From sequence record PQ863256.1: a stretch of DNA of 64,000 nt. One strand, 5' to 3'. A model generated the notes under the pieces. It did no database searches, was not told the DNA's origin, and was given only the letters and a program-made list of their open reading frames with translations. Position 1 is the first letter of the stretch. Each line of letters opens with the position of its first letter. The position numbers were made by a program, and so were the translations under genes. Origin of the DNA: Escherichia phage Ptacy1479. Of this stretch, positions 20,365 to 30,560 are shown piece after piece.

Positions 20365-20383
20365 TAATCTTTAAGGAGGACTT

Positions 20384-21436
20384 ATGTCTTTATTTGGAAA
20401 ATCAGCTTCTAGCAAAACCACAGTGGCTCCTTCCTCTCAGGTTGATGCCCTGCTGAAGCAGATTGTTGCTAATGCTCAGAATATGCAGAACAACGATCCG
20501 GGATTCATTTCCCAACAGCTGGCTGGGTTTAATGGCAACCAACAGGGTGCTCTGAATAATTTGGCAGCTTCTACAACTCAGAAGCAACTAGCTGATATGT
20601 ACACGCCTCGTACTCAGCAAGGGTTGGACCAACTAAACTCTCTTGCCCAACAGTATCAGGATATCATAAACGGTGGCGGTATAACTGCTGATGGTGTTAA
20701 TAACTTTAATAAAGGGTTGAATAATTCAGCTCTTGCTCAAGCCACTAGTAAAGCAGCTTCCAACGTATCTCTCGGGAATGGCTCTGATTCAGGTTCTCTT
20801 CGTAGAGCTGCTGCTCAGGGTGCTGCTTTGAATGGTGCTAATACAAACCTAGCTCGAACTATCAATGGAAAGAATATGGGAATTAATGCCCTTCAACAAG
20901 ACCAAAACTTCCAGAGAGGGTTACTTGGTGCTCAGTCGGGGTTAGCTGGACAGAATCTTAATCTTGGTGCACAAGGTGTTCAGGAAACCCAACAAGCTAT
21001 CCAGAATCAACTCTTGGCTGGTAATTTACAACAGCGACAAGATCAAGCTCAAGCTGACATTAATTGGCAGAATGCTATTGGCTCTAGGCAGTATGGATGG
21101 AATCAGCTTAACAACCAGCTTAATGTATTAAACAGTGTAAGTCCAATGGCTGGATATACAATTAAGAATGCCGCTCCGGGTGTTAACACAGGACAGCAGA
21201 TTCTTGGTGCTGGTATTACTGGATTAGGTATTGCAGGTCGTATGGGCGCTTTCTCTCCTAACCAGCAGACTCAAAATGCTTGGAGTTCCTATAACAACTC
21301 AGGTGGGCAATCTGGAATGGCTGGTCCTATGATTGGAGGTTCTAATCTCTCTCAACAGAGAGGTCAGTCTAACTGGTTATCCACAGCAGGTAGTAATATC
21401 TTAGGTGGTGTCTTAGGGGCATTCGGAGCAAACTAA
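20384..21436 (+). CDS. Gln/Asn/Gly-rich internal virion protein, paralog 1
   Basis: 350 aa; N-terminus MSLFGKSASSKTT and NNLAAS motif shared with next gene. Confidence 0.55.
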   Translation: MSLFGKSASSKTTVAPSSQVDALLKQIVANAQNMQNNDPGFISQQLAGFNGNQQGALNNLAASTTQKQLADMYTPRTQQGLDQLNSLAQQYQDIINGGGITADGVNNFNKGLNNSALAQATSKAASNVSLGNGSDSGSLRRAAAQGAALNGANTNLARTINGKNMGINALQQDQNFQRGLLGAQSGLAGQNLNLGAQGVQETQQAIQNQLLAGNLQQRQDQAQADINWQNAIGSRQYGWNQLNNQLNVLNSVSPMAGYTIKNAAPGVNTGQQILGAGITGLGIAGRMGAFSPNQQTQNAWSSYNNSGGQSGMAGPMIGGSNLSQQRGQSNWLSTAGSNILGGVLGAFGAN

Positions 21437-21448
21437 AGGAGATTTGAT

Positions 21449-22417
21449 ATGGGACTTTTCGGAGGCGGGGGTAGTAAAACTACTTCCCAAATGATTCGCC
21501 CTGAATACATTCAACAGTATATTGACCAGCTTAACAAGCAGATTGGTAATACCAGTTCAGGGGATTATGTTTATCGAGATAATGTAGGGTTTAATAACAA
21601 CCAGACAGAGGCACTTAACAACTTAGCACAATCTGGTGCTCTAGGAACTCTCTCACAGCAGTACATGGATGCAGCAGGTCAAGGGTTAGGGTATCTAGAT
21701 AATGCTTATAAAGGCTATCAGAGCCTCTCTGGACAAGGTGGGATTACTGGAGAACAGATTGGTGCTCTCGCTGGTCAACTGTATGATGATGACGCTGTGC
21801 AAGCAGCTATAACAGCTAATAACGAGCAGGTTCAACAGAACTTGGCACGTAATGCTCTTCCTCAGTTAGCTCAACAGTTTGCTGGTCAACAAGGATCAGG
21901 TGCTCGTATGGCTAAGTCTTTTGCCCAAGGTGATGCTCTGAATCAGATGCAAGGGCAAGCAACAGATATTACCAACAGTGCCTATAACTCGGCTATTAGC
22001 CAAGCTGAAAGCATCCTCTCTGGTAATAGACAGAATCAGGCAGCTGCTCTCTCAGGTCTTTCTAATATTGGTTCTAACCTTTCTAACCTAGGTCAGCAGG
22101 GTGCTAATTTGTCTCAACAGCAAATGATGAATCAATGGAATGCAGGGTTGCAGCAACAACAGCAACAACAGAATGAATATGATAATGCCTACCAGAATGC
22201 TCAGAACGCAGCTAATTGGGGATGGCAGGATATCAACAACCAACTCGGTGCAGCAGGCGTACTTAACGGTGCTCTCGGACAAACCACAACTACTAAAACA
22301 TCTGGTGGCAAAGGTGGTTTCCTTGGTGGAGCTATGAGTGGTGCAGCAGCTGGCTCTTCCTTTGGGCCTTGGGGCGCATTAGCTGGGGGTGTAATCGGTG
22401 GGTTGGCTAGTACTTAA
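21449..22417 (+). CDS. Gln/Asn/Gly-rich internal virion protein, paralog 2
   Basis: 322 aa; N-terminus MGLFGGGGSKTT; Gly-rich hydrophobic C-terminus. Confidence 0.55.
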   Translation: MGLFGGGGSKTTSQMIRPEYIQQYIDQLNKQIGNTSSGDYVYRDNVGFNNNQTEALNNLAQSGALGTLSQQYMDAAGQGLGYLDNAYKGYQSLSGQGGITGEQIGALAGQLYDDDAVQAAITANNEQVQQNLARNALPQLAQQFAGQQGSGARMAKSFAQGDALNQMQGQATDITNSAYNSAISQAESILSGNRQNQAAALSGLSNIGSNLSNLGQQGANLSQQQMMNQWNAGLQQQQQQQNEYDNAYQNAQNAANWGWQDINNQLGAAGVLNGALGQTTTTKTSGGKGGFLGGAMSGAAAGSSFGPWGALAGGVIGGLAST

Positions 22418-22430
22418 TTAGGAGATAAAT

Positions 22431-24086
22431 ATGCAACAGACAACTTACGCTCAGGTCAGAAGTCGTGACCCGAGAAATACTTTCTATGGTGTTAATCCGG
22501 GAGCGGCTTCGGCCTCTCCTTATATGGCTAGACCAACTCAGACAGCAGATATTTCTATGTACCAACGTCCTGCTGTACCTTCATCTCTTGCGGGTCTTGT
22601 CTCTCAGGCAGAAGAAGATCAGAATGCTATGATTAATCCTGGATTCCAGCAACGTCTTATGGAACAGCAGAATCAAGGAACCCCTACCAGTCTTCAGGGT
22701 ATTGACATTGGAGCACCAGCCCCTGTAGTGGCTAATCCTAACCTATCCACTGATCAAGGTTTACAAGATGCAGGGCTTATGCCTAGTGACCCTCTTCCGG
22801 TAACACCTCCCCCTAAACCACTAGAAGCTGGTCCTATGGAGTTTACTCCCTCTCAGGTGGAACAGGCACAAGGTGTGATTAACACTCTTGCTCAAGGACA
22901 AGACACTGGTGATGGGATGGCTGCTGCTACTCGTGCTAAAGATCAAGAACGTGTTAACAATGATATCTTACAGGTTGCGAAAGCTAAAGACCCCTCAGAA
23001 GCTTGGAACAAACTACAGAAAGAACCATTCTACCAAAACTCTAGTTTCTATACAGGTTTGATGGGTGTAGGTCTTTCAATCATGTCAGGTAAGTCTCCTA
23101 TCGAAGCTTTCCAGATTGGTCAGGGAATGGCTAATCAGGATGAGACTAAGAAACAACTAGAAGCTAACCGTGATGCTCTGATAGAACAAGGTTTCTCTCA
23201 AGACTCAATTGCAGCTGCTATTGCTAATGGAGACCCGTCCCTGCTGAAGATGAAGGCTGTAGACCCTGCTCAGAAAGAAGCGTTGTATGCTGCTCGTGAA
23301 GAACGACAGAATGCTGAATGGGATAGACGTCAGCAGATTCAAGAACAGACTATGCGTGAGCGTGCTGATGAAACTCGTCGTGCCGCTGAAGAAAGAGCCA
23401 ACATGAACTTCGAACGTCAGAAAGAACTTATTGGTTATCGTGATCAAGTTAAGGCTGAACGTGCTGAACAAGCTGCTCAGAGTTTTAACTTTAACCCGAA
23501 AGAAGTTCGTCTTGCTCAGAACACAGCTGAAGGTACAGTTGCTAAGCAGTGGGCAGAGAAAGGTGGTCTGTTTAACCAGTCCAACAAAGACTTGGATTTG
23601 GCTGACAAGGCTGTTAAGGATAAAGATTACCAGACAGCTCGTTCTGCTTACATGCAGGCTATCATGAACTCCGCAAGGGCTGAAATCGGTGCTACTCGTT
23701 CTCTTACCGAAGAAGACTTGGGGCACTTTGCAGAAGACCCATCAATCTTTGTTCGTGTTGGCAACAAGTTTGCACTGAAATCTGGGTGGCGTCCTACTGA
23801 TTCAGCTCTTGCTTATGCTCGCAAGCAAGCTAACGTTGGTCACACCTCTGCAATGAAAGGCGTTGCTGATGCTAAGAGAGCTACTATCGAAGCGTACATT
23901 GGTTCAGGTATGGATAAGAAGAGAGCTACTGCATTGGTTAACCGTGCAATTCCTTCTGGCGGTTTCTATGACCCTCTCGGTGTTTTCTCTGATGAAGCAG
24001 AAGAGTATGTTGGTGGTGCAGCAACCAACCCTAAACTGAACGGTGCTTTATCGGCTGTTGAAGACACTAGCTGGTTCACGCAATAA
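22431..24086 (+). CDS. hypothetical internal virion protein
   Basis: 551 aa within structural block. Confidence 0.5.
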   Translation: MQQTTYAQVRSRDPRNTFYGVNPGAASASPYMARPTQTADISMYQRPAVPSSLAGLVSQAEEDQNAMINPGFQQRLMEQQNQGTPTSLQGIDIGAPAPVVANPNLSTDQGLQDAGLMPSDPLPVTPPPKPLEAGPMEFTPSQVEQAQGVINTLAQGQDTGDGMAAATRAKDQERVNNDILQVAKAKDPSEAWNKLQKEPFYQNSSFYTGLMGVGLSIMSGKSPIEAFQIGQGMANQDETKKQLEANRDALIEQGFSQDSIAAAIANGDPSLLKMKAVDPAQKEALYAAREERQNAEWDRRQQIQEQTMRERADETRRAAEERANMNFERQKELIGYRDQVKAERAEQAAQSFNFNPKEVRLAQNTAEGTVAKQWAEKGGLFNQSNKDLDLADKAVKDKDYQTARSAYMQAIMNSARAEIGATRSLTEEDLGHFAEDPSIFVRVGNKFALKSGWRPTDSALAYARKQANVGHTSAMKGVADAKRATIEAYIGSGMDKKRATALVNRAIPSGGFYDPLGVFSDEAEEYVGGAATNPKLNGALSAVEDTSWFTQ

Positions 24087-24106
24087 GACCTAAGTCCTGC
24101 CTTCTA

Positions 24107-24115
24107 TAATGTATA
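24107..24115 (+). promoter_or_regulatory. TAATGTATA promoter-like element, 38 nt upstream of ATG 24154
   Basis: exact 9-mer; the track ORF start at 24109 is the ATG inside this motif. Confidence 0.5.
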
Positions 24116-24153
24116 TAGGGGGTAGGACATTTTTATTTATAAAAGGAGACGTT

Positions 24154-27100
24154 ATGGCTAACATTAAACCGTGGGAAGAAGCTTCCAAAGCTCCTGCGTA
24201 TCTGAATGCCTCTCCGGAGCAACAAGCTCAAATGAGAGAACAATATAAGGCAGCAGGTGGCTCTATTCCTGAGGAACAACCAGTAGCACAACCACAACAA
24301 GAAGAACGTGGTGCTATAGGTGAGTTTGCTCAAGGTGTGTCAAATGCTCTTCAATCTGGTGGTGCAAATATTGCAGCTAGTGCTGCTAAAGGTATTGGTG
24401 GTTTAGTTGAGATTGGTGAGAATCTAGCTGGAACACAAACTAGTTATGGTAAGCGTATCCAAGAGAACTCTCAGAACCTTCTGAAAGAGCGTATGGATAA
24501 GATTGAGGATGGGGTTGGTAAAACTGTTGGTCAGTATGCTGGCGTTGCTGGTGATATTGGTATGACTGTTGCTAACCCATTGGCTGCTGCTGCTATCATC
24601 GCAGGTCGTGAGACAGGCCGTGCATACGCAGACCAAACCCCTGAAGAGGGAGAAGATAAGTCTATTCTAGATGCGGCCTTAGTGGGTGGTGCTAACTATG
24701 CGGCTCAGAGAATCCTTCCGGGTGCTGTTGGTACGGCTGAGTCCACACTTGGACGTATTGGTCAGAACGTTGCTAGTAACGCAGTGGCTGGTGCTAAAGG
24801 TGGCGCTCTTGTCGGTGCTGCTGAAGTTCAGAACAAGTATGGCGATGATAATGATCTAGCTAAGACATTGGAAGGTGTTATCGAAGAAGGTGCTATGGGT
24901 GCTGCATTCGGTGGTGCAGTTGGTGGGGTTCATGGTTTGATTAGCCGTCCGGATTCTGCTGTCTTCAAGAATACTCCAGAGTATGCGAAGACTGATATTG
25001 CTGCTGATGATGAACTAATTCGCAGTGCTAAGAATATTGATGAATTGAAAGAAGCCTATTCTAAAGCTGAAACTGCTAACGCTGCTTCTGCTCTGAATCT
25101 TCTGGATGAGAATGGATTCCGTATTACAGATGCTGTTGCTGTAGATTCTCCTGCTGCTCAGCGTATTCTTAATACTGACCAAGCTCGTGCTGAGAAGGCT
25201 GCTTCCGTTCAGAAAGAACATTCCAACATTCCGGGCCTTAATCCTTTAGCTTCTCCTGCTAAGACTCGTGGTAAAGCCTTCGCTGATAACGAGCACAACC
25301 AGAAGCAGGCTGTTGCTATGAAGGATGCAATGGCTGATTACACCAAAGACAACACTAAAGCTCTTACGGATGTTCTAGATAACCTAGACCGTGAATTAAC
25401 ATCTCTCCGAGCTTCTGGTGATTTTACTGGTAGTCCGATTGATATTAAGAATCGTACACAAGCCGACCGTGACTTCATTGATGCTTACAAGACTTTCTAC
25501 AACGAAGCAAACAGATTCAAAGCTCGTGAAGGTGAAGACTTTAACAACTTTGTAGAGAAAGCTGCTGAACTACAGAAGATGGCTGATAATGTCTCTCCAG
25601 AGATGAAGAAAGCTATCAGTGGGTTGAAGAAACTGAAAGGTATGCCTGAAGGTTTTAATCCTATCCAAGATGCTTACACTCTGAACAATACAGCTAAGTT
25701 CATGAGCAACCAAGATCGTGGTTGGACTTCCCTGACTGATGATGGATTCCGTGAGGCTTCTTCACCTAGTCTGGTAATGAATACTCTTGGTGCTGCTAAG
25801 TATGCTCTGAATCGCTTCTCTTCTCAGCGTGCTCGCTCTCAACGTGTTAAGCAACAAGAGTCTAACAGTGAAGCTATCCGCTCTCTTGCTCGTGGTGATT
25901 TGGAAGTTGCTCGTGCTAAATCTACTGCCGAGGAAGCTCGTGCTAGGATGGAAGAAGAACCAGTTGTTGATGACATTAAATTTAAGACGCAAAATGACGT
26001 AGAAACCGAACCGGTTCGGGAGCCTTCTTCTAGTACTGTGACGGAAGAAAATCTTCCTTCTTCTGCTCCTCAAGAAACTCCTCTTACAGCTCGTGATTTA
26101 GTTGCTCAAAGACGTGCTATCCGTCAGGCTGAACAGCGTCGCGCTGAAGAAGAGGCAGCTGCTGCTCAAGAAGCTCCGGTCGAACAAGCTCCACAGGCTG
26201 AACCTCTCCCTGCTCGTAACCCTCTAGAGGAGCGTCGTGCAATGGAACAGCAACGTGCTCAAGAAGAGGCCGCACAGGCTCCAGAACCAGCCGTAGAGGA
26301 ACCAACAGTCAAAGCTGAGCCATTACCTGCTCGTGCTCCTAAAGCTCCTAAGGAAGCTGTACAGGACGTTAAACCGGCAAGTGGTGTAGAACGTTTAGCT
26401 GCTATGTCTAGTGCTGCTCGTCAGGCTACCAAAGATCGTGCAGAACGTTTTGCCCGTTCTCTGTACTCTAAGGCTGCTAAGGCTAAAGCTACTGCTGAAA
26501 ACTTCTTGGCTTATAAGGGTGATCCTAAGGAATTGATGCGTCGTATTCGTCAGGAAGACAATGCTATCAATACTGAACGTCATGAAGAAATGGCTCGTAA
26601 CCAGCTGGCTTCTCAGCAAGGTATTGCTACTGCTAAGAACAACACTGTACGAACTAATTTTGCTGAATGGGTTAAAGAACGTGGTCTGCCAGAAGACATT
26701 GCTACTAAGGCATTACGTGCTGAAGAGAAAGGTTTAGGTGGGAACGTAACTAACTTGGATAGTCTGAAACGCCGTGCTGAAAGGTTGTATCAGAAGCAGC
26801 GTGAGGATGAATTTGATAGACTGTACCAACAGGCTCTAGAAGAGAACAAAGCTTTCGATAACAAGAATGCTCCTAAACTGATTGACCAGAAGAAAGAGCT
26901 TCAGTCCGAGATTGACGCTTTGATTGATTCAGAACCTTTACGTCCTGCTCAGAAAGATGCTATGCGTAAGCTGATGAATGATTTTGTAGATGGGAAGTTT
27001 AAATCTTCAGAGAAGGCTGGTAGGGAAGAGGCTTTGGAAGTTGGTCAGATGAAGGATATTTGGGATGGGTTTATTAATACCTACAACAGAGAAGTGAATG

Positions 27101-28575
27101 CCTTCAACAAAGCTAACAAGAACTCTCAGTACGAAGCTGCTGCTAAGCACTTACAGGCTCGTGAAGAACGTCTTGCTACCCTCAGGAAAAAGGCTCAGGC
27201 TCGTTCAGATGCTAAGGCTGCTGTTGAGAATGAACGTAAAACTCTAGAGGCTATTGCAGCTCAGAAGAGTGAGATTGAGAAGATGATGGAAGGTTTACCT
27301 AAACCTGTTCGTGAGGCTCAGGAATCTCGTACATTGAAACAGTTGGCTGCTCACCACGATAAGAATTCTCCAGTTCCTCCAGAGAAATTCCGTAGTTATA
27401 TTGAACGTATCCACAACGCCGAGTCAGATTACCTTGATCGTCAGCGTCGTTTAACTGATGCAGAGGAAGATGCTCGTCAGGCTAAGTGGAATAAGATGTA
27501 TGAGCAAGCGGAAGAGATGAACCGTAAGTTTGATGTGGACAAGAGAGTTAAGCGCAGTGAAGAGCTTAAAGCGGCCCAAGAGCGTGAGAATGACCTTATG
27601 GCAGTACAACGTCAACGTGATGACATTCATCGCCGCCTGATGCGTACTATGGAAGATAAGGGCATATCTAGAGAGGATGCTGAAGCATTTGCTGGTTCCT
27701 ATATGGACAACCGTTATGCACTTCTTGAGAAGCCTATGACTCCTACTGAACATCAGAATGCTCGCTCTCGTATCGAAGCTGATGTTGAGAAGTTTGCTAA
27801 GAAGTACGAATCAATGACTCCTATCGAGAAAGAGATTGTTAAGGTTACTGGAGATACTGAAGGTAAGCTTGATAACTTGGATGCGGATACTAGGAAGGCT
27901 ATTGAGGAGGCTCAGAAGGTTGACTCTGATATTAAGAAACTGCAAGAGGAAGAGATGGAGATGGAGAAGATTCGTTCTGCTCTGCCTGACGATGAAAGAT
28001 CTCAAGCAAATTCTGATATCTTGGAAAGCATTAAACAACAGGAAGAGGTCTTTGCTGATAAAGTAGAGAAAGCTTTCTTGAGTGGGAAAAGCTTGGATGA
28101 ATTGGTTAGTGTGGCTGAAGTTTTAGACAGGGTTCATGGTGCAGATAAGGCTGGTAACAACCGTCGCTTTGTACGTGCATTGCAGACTGCTGCTGAAAAC
28201 AAGAAGAAGTATGGTGATAATCCGGTAGCTTGGTTTAGTGCTGATGATTACTCTGCCATTGCTAAACTTGGTGCTTCTTCCGCAGGTGGTAACAAATCCA
28301 GAGCACTGGAGAAGATCTTTGGTTCTACAGCTGAACAGGCTAAGAGTAAGTTGCTTGGTAGGGATGATGTAGCGAAGATGAGACGTGTGATTGAAGAGAA
28401 CCCTGATATTAAGATTCCTTCTTACAAGACAACGAATCGTACTGAGTACTTGCAGTTCTTGGAGAAGTTTAATGACGAAGGGAAGCCGAAGATTAAACGT
28501 GGCTCATTGTCAGAGAAGCTTGAACGCAGTAAGCGTCAATCGAGACTCCGTGTAAGAGTTCGACCTAAGGAGTGA
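24154..28575 (+). CDS. large internal virion / ejection-type protein (1473 aa; start revised from 24109)
   Basis: AAGGAG upstream of ATG 24154; long coiled-coil and Ala/Glu/Arg/Gln-rich low-complexity regions. Confidence 0.6.
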   Translation: MANIKPWEEASKAPAYLNASPEQQAQMREQYKAAGGSIPEEQPVAQPQQEERGAIGEFAQGVSNALQSGGANIAASAAKGIGGLVEIGENLAGTQTSYGKRIQENSQNLLKERMDKIEDGVGKTVGQYAGVAGDIGMTVANPLAAAAIIAGRETGRAYADQTPEEGEDKSILDAALVGGANYAAQRILPGAVGTAESTLGRIGQNVASNAVAGAKGGALVGAAEVQNKYGDDNDLAKTLEGVIEEGAMGAAFGGAVGGVHGLISRPDSAVFKNTPEYAKTDIAADDELIRSAKNIDELKEAYSKAETANAASALNLLDENGFRITDAVAVDSPAAQRILNTDQARAEKAASVQKEHSNIPGLNPLASPAKTRGKAFADNEHNQKQAVAMKDAMADYTKDNTKALTDVLDNLDRELTSLRASGDFTGSPIDIKNRTQADRDFIDAYKTFYNEANRFKAREGEDFNNFVEKAAELQKMADNVSPEMKKAISGLKKLKGMPEGFNPIQDAYTLNNTAKFMSNQDRGWTSLTDDGFREASSPSLVMNTLGAAKYALNRFSSQRARSQRVKQQESNSEAIRSLARGDLEVARAKSTAEEARARMEEEPVVDDIKFKTQNDVETEPVREPSSSTVTEENLPSSAPQETPLTARDLVAQRRAIRQAEQRRAEEEAAAAQEAPVEQAPQAEPLPARNPLEERRAMEQQRAQEEAAQAPEPAVEEPTVKAEPLPARAPKAPKEAVQDVKPASGVERLAAMSSAARQATKDRAERFARSLYSKAAKAKATAENFLAYKGDPKELMRRIRQEDNAINTERHEEMARNQLASQQGIATAKNNTVRTNFAEWVKERGLPEDIATKALRAEEKGLGGNVTNLDSLKRRAERLYQKQREDEFDRLYQQALEENKAFDNKNAPKLIDQKKELQSEIDALIDSEPLRPAQKDAMRKLMNDFVDGKFKSSEKAGREEALEVGQMKDIWDGFINTYNREVNAFNKANKNSQYEAAAKHLQAREERLATLRKKAQARSDAKAAVENERKTLEAIAAQKSEIEKMMEGLPKPVREAQESRTLKQLAAHHDKNSPVPPEKFRSYIERIHNAESDYLDRQRRLTDAEEDARQAKWNKMYEQAEEMNRKFDVDKRVKRSEELKAAQERENDLMAVQRQRDDIHRRLMRTMEDKGISREDAEAFAGSYMDNRYALLEKPMTPTEHQNARSRIEADVEKFAKKYESMTPIEKEIVKVTGDTEGKLDNLDADTRKAIEEAQKVDSDIKKLQEEEMEMEKIRSALPDDERSQANSDILESIKQQEEVFADKVEKAFLSGKSLDELVSVAEVLDRVHGADKAGNNRRFVRALQTAAENKKKYGDNPVAWFSADDYSAIAKLGASSAGGNKSRALEKIFGSTAEQAKSKLLGRDDVAKMRRVIEENPDIKIPSYKTTNRTEYLQFLEKFNDEGKPKIKRGSLSEKLERSKRQSRLRVRVRPKE

Positions 28576-28576
28576 T

Positions 28577-28624
28577 AAAAGAAAAGCCCTCAAGGAGAAA
28601 TCCAAGAGGGCTTTATTTGTTTCT
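28577..28624. terminator. bidirectional terminator at convergence of + and - modules
   Basis: AGCCCTC...GAGGGCT stem flanked by A-run on one side and T-run on the other. Confidence 0.55.
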
Positions 28625-28769
28625 AAGTTTTAAAAACCATCAAATTCGTCATACATCCCAATTCTCTTCAGAGGTCTGGATGTTCATCTTCAAAGCACCC
28701 TGAGATGCCTCCGTAGAACCAATCTGATTTACTTCCAAGAATAACAACCTCTTCATTCATATAACCCCC

Positions 28770-28931
28770 TTAGATTGTGTTTATAAAATTAATAAGCTTC
28801 TCTTCACTTTCATCAAAAGCTTTTCCAGCTGCTTCCATCTCCCAAGTATCGGCATTGTCAATAAAGCTCTGAGCTTCTAATAGATCGTGGATTAAGTCGA
28901 AGAGTTTATTTTTATCTGATTGTGTGATCAT
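28770..28931 (-). CDS. small hypothetical protein (53 aa, not in track)
   Basis: AGGAA Shine-Dalgarno 6 nt upstream of ATG, 8 nt after upstream stop. Confidence 0.3.
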   Translation of the reverse strand: MITQSDKNKLFDLIHDLLEAQSFIDNADTWEMEAAGKAFDESEEKLINFINTI

Positions 28932-28939
28932 GTCAGTTC

Positions 28940-29167
28940 CTAGATTAAATCGTAATACTGAATAATGTCAGAGAGTTTGAACTCTCGAACCTCATCTTTC
29001 TCTACATCTATCGCTGTCATAATCCAACAAGGTTTGCCACCATTATGAAAACGGGAGCTAGCAACGGAGGTTCGGAGTGGAATAACGGACCGGTCAGCAA
29101 CCTCGCCTCTCCAATTGCGATAGCGAAAGCGAAGCACTTGTTGCGTAGATTTTTGATCATCACTCAT
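28940..29167 (-). CDS. hypothetical protein (start revised to Met36 of track ORF)
   Basis: AAGGAA upstream; overlaps stop of HNH gene. Confidence 0.4.
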   Translation of the reverse strand: MSDDQKSTQQVLRFRYRNWRGEVADRSVIPLRTSVASSRFHNGGKPCWIMTAIDVEKDEVREFKLSDIIQYYDLI

Positions 29168-29561
29168 TTCCTTTTTTGAATTGTTTTCTTGCATCATTTT
29201 CCATCTTAGTTTTAATCTTATGACAAGGGTCTTTACACAGAACTTGAAACCCATCTTTCTCACACAGAGCACGAGAGATTATTTCATCCCAAGTGGCTTC
29301 ATGGTCAAGAGGAACTATAGGCTCTATGTGATCAATAGCCATATCCTTTACAGGGTGGTCAGAACCACACATGGCACACTTAAAGTGCATTGCCAGTCTA
29401 CCTGTCTTTGGATTAATCTTCTGCTCTGTCTTGGCGTCTGCTAGTGCATCGAACATGGGCTTCCACTTTCTAGTCAGAGAACGAATCCCTGACTTGATGA
29501 AAGAGTTGTAACGAGCTTCAGTCCACATTCCACTACAGCGAGTCTTCTCAGACTTCGCCAT
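29160..29561 (-). CDS. HNH endonuclease
   Basis: CAMCGS...AIDHIEPI...LCKDPCHK motif arrangement. Confidence 0.6.
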   Translation of the reverse strand: MAKSEKTRCSGMWTEARYNSFIKSGIRSLTRKWKPMFDALADAKTEQKINPKTGRLAMHFKCAMCGSDHPVKDMAIDHIEPIVPLDHEATWDEIISRALCEKDGFQVLCKDPCHKIKTKMENDARKQFKKGNE

Positions 29562-29727
29562 AATCAGCTTCTTCCCAAACTCGTTTGTTTACACGATGGC
29601 TCACTTTGCCCTCACGAGGAATACGACCAGTTCGCTGATCAAACAGTTGATGTTTAATCTTTTGGTCTTTACGAGATTCACGATTGGAGGAGTTTTCATC
29701 ATATGAACGATAATCAAATTTACCCAT
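29548..29727 (-). CDS. small basic hypothetical protein (59 aa, not in track)
   Basis: AAGGAT 8 nt upstream of ATG; fills gap between flanking genes; stop overlaps next start. Confidence 0.4.
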   Translation of the reverse strand: MGKFDYRSYDENSSNRESRKDQKIKHQLFDQRTGRIPREGKVSHRVNKRVWEEADYGEV

Positions 29728-29740
29728 TATAATATCCTTA

Positions 29741-30559
29741 TTACCAAGATTTATCTAACCATGTCCAGTCGAACAGGTCTTCCGGAGTCTGACCAACAAA
29801 GAGTAGCCGAGCATTCTCAAGCATCTTCTCTTCATCTTCAGTATCGAACTTCTTATAATATTCCATTCGTACTATATGATACATGGTCCACTTATCTGTA
29901 ACACCAGCCAATAGTTTAGCTGCTGCTTTCTTCCCTATTCCTTGACGTCGAAGCTGGAGCTTACCACCCCACATAACTTCTTTACGTTCTCCACACCCGG
30001 GGATATTATCTGTACCATCTCCAATAAGCATCTGATAGAAGAAATTTTGCCATGAAACTAAATCAGATACGTAGTGAGGAGGAACCTCTTTCTGTCTTTC
30101 TCCACAAGCCCAACGATAATGCCATCCGGGAGTTATCAACAAATCTTTGTCTCTAGTACAGATGATAGTGTTCTTATCTCTACGTTGCCTTTCAGCTAGT
30201 GCATCATCAGCCTCTCTCCCAAATACATCTATGTATTCATATTTACCTTTAATGTAATCACCAACGTTTTGCCAGTGAAAAGGCCTTTCTCCGGGAGGTC
30301 TATTTGCTTTGTAGTCTTGCTGCTTAGCAACATCGAAACGGAAGTTACCACCTTCGCTGAAGTAGAACACAATCTTACTACAACCTGATCGAGCTATGAT
30401 TGTATCAATCTTATACTGAAGTCGTTCAATCATGAAATTGTAATCAACTGGAACACGTCCTGTGTCAAGAAAGGGATGCTCCTGAGTAAGAGCACCCACT
30501 TCATATCGAAGAACGTCAGCATCCACTATAGCTACTTCAGGGAGCTTAACGTCTTCCAT
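29741..30559 (-). CDS. 5'-3' exonuclease / flap endonuclease (FEN family)
   Basis: ICTRDKDLL and GDGTDNIPGCGERK...AAAKLL (H3TH) motifs. Confidence 0.8.
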   Translation of the reverse strand: MEDVKLPEVAIVDADVLRYEVGALTQEHPFLDTGRVPVDYNFMIERLQYKIDTIIARSGCSKIVFYFSEGGNFRFDVAKQQDYKANRPPGERPFHWQNVGDYIKGKYEYIDVFGREADDALAERQRRDKNTIICTRDKDLLITPGWHYRWACGERQKEVPPHYVSDLVSWQNFFYQMLIGDGTDNIPGCGERKEVMWGGKLQLRRQGIGKKAAAKLLAGVTDKWTMYHIVRMEYYKKFDTEDEEKMLENARLLFVGQTPEDLFDWTWLDKSW

Positions 30560-30560
30560 A

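Noticed and set aside
23205-23726. 173-aa ORF on the - strand
   Set aside because: Antisense to the 551-aa virion protein gene within a co-directional + strand block; low-complexity Ser/Phe/Leu-rich translation.
24109-24153. Track start of the 1488-aa ORF (MYIGGRTFLFIKGDV…)
   Set aside because: The ATG at 24109 is the ATG inside the TAATGTATA promoter-like motif; the in-frame ATG at 24154 has an AAGGAG Shine-Dalgarno.
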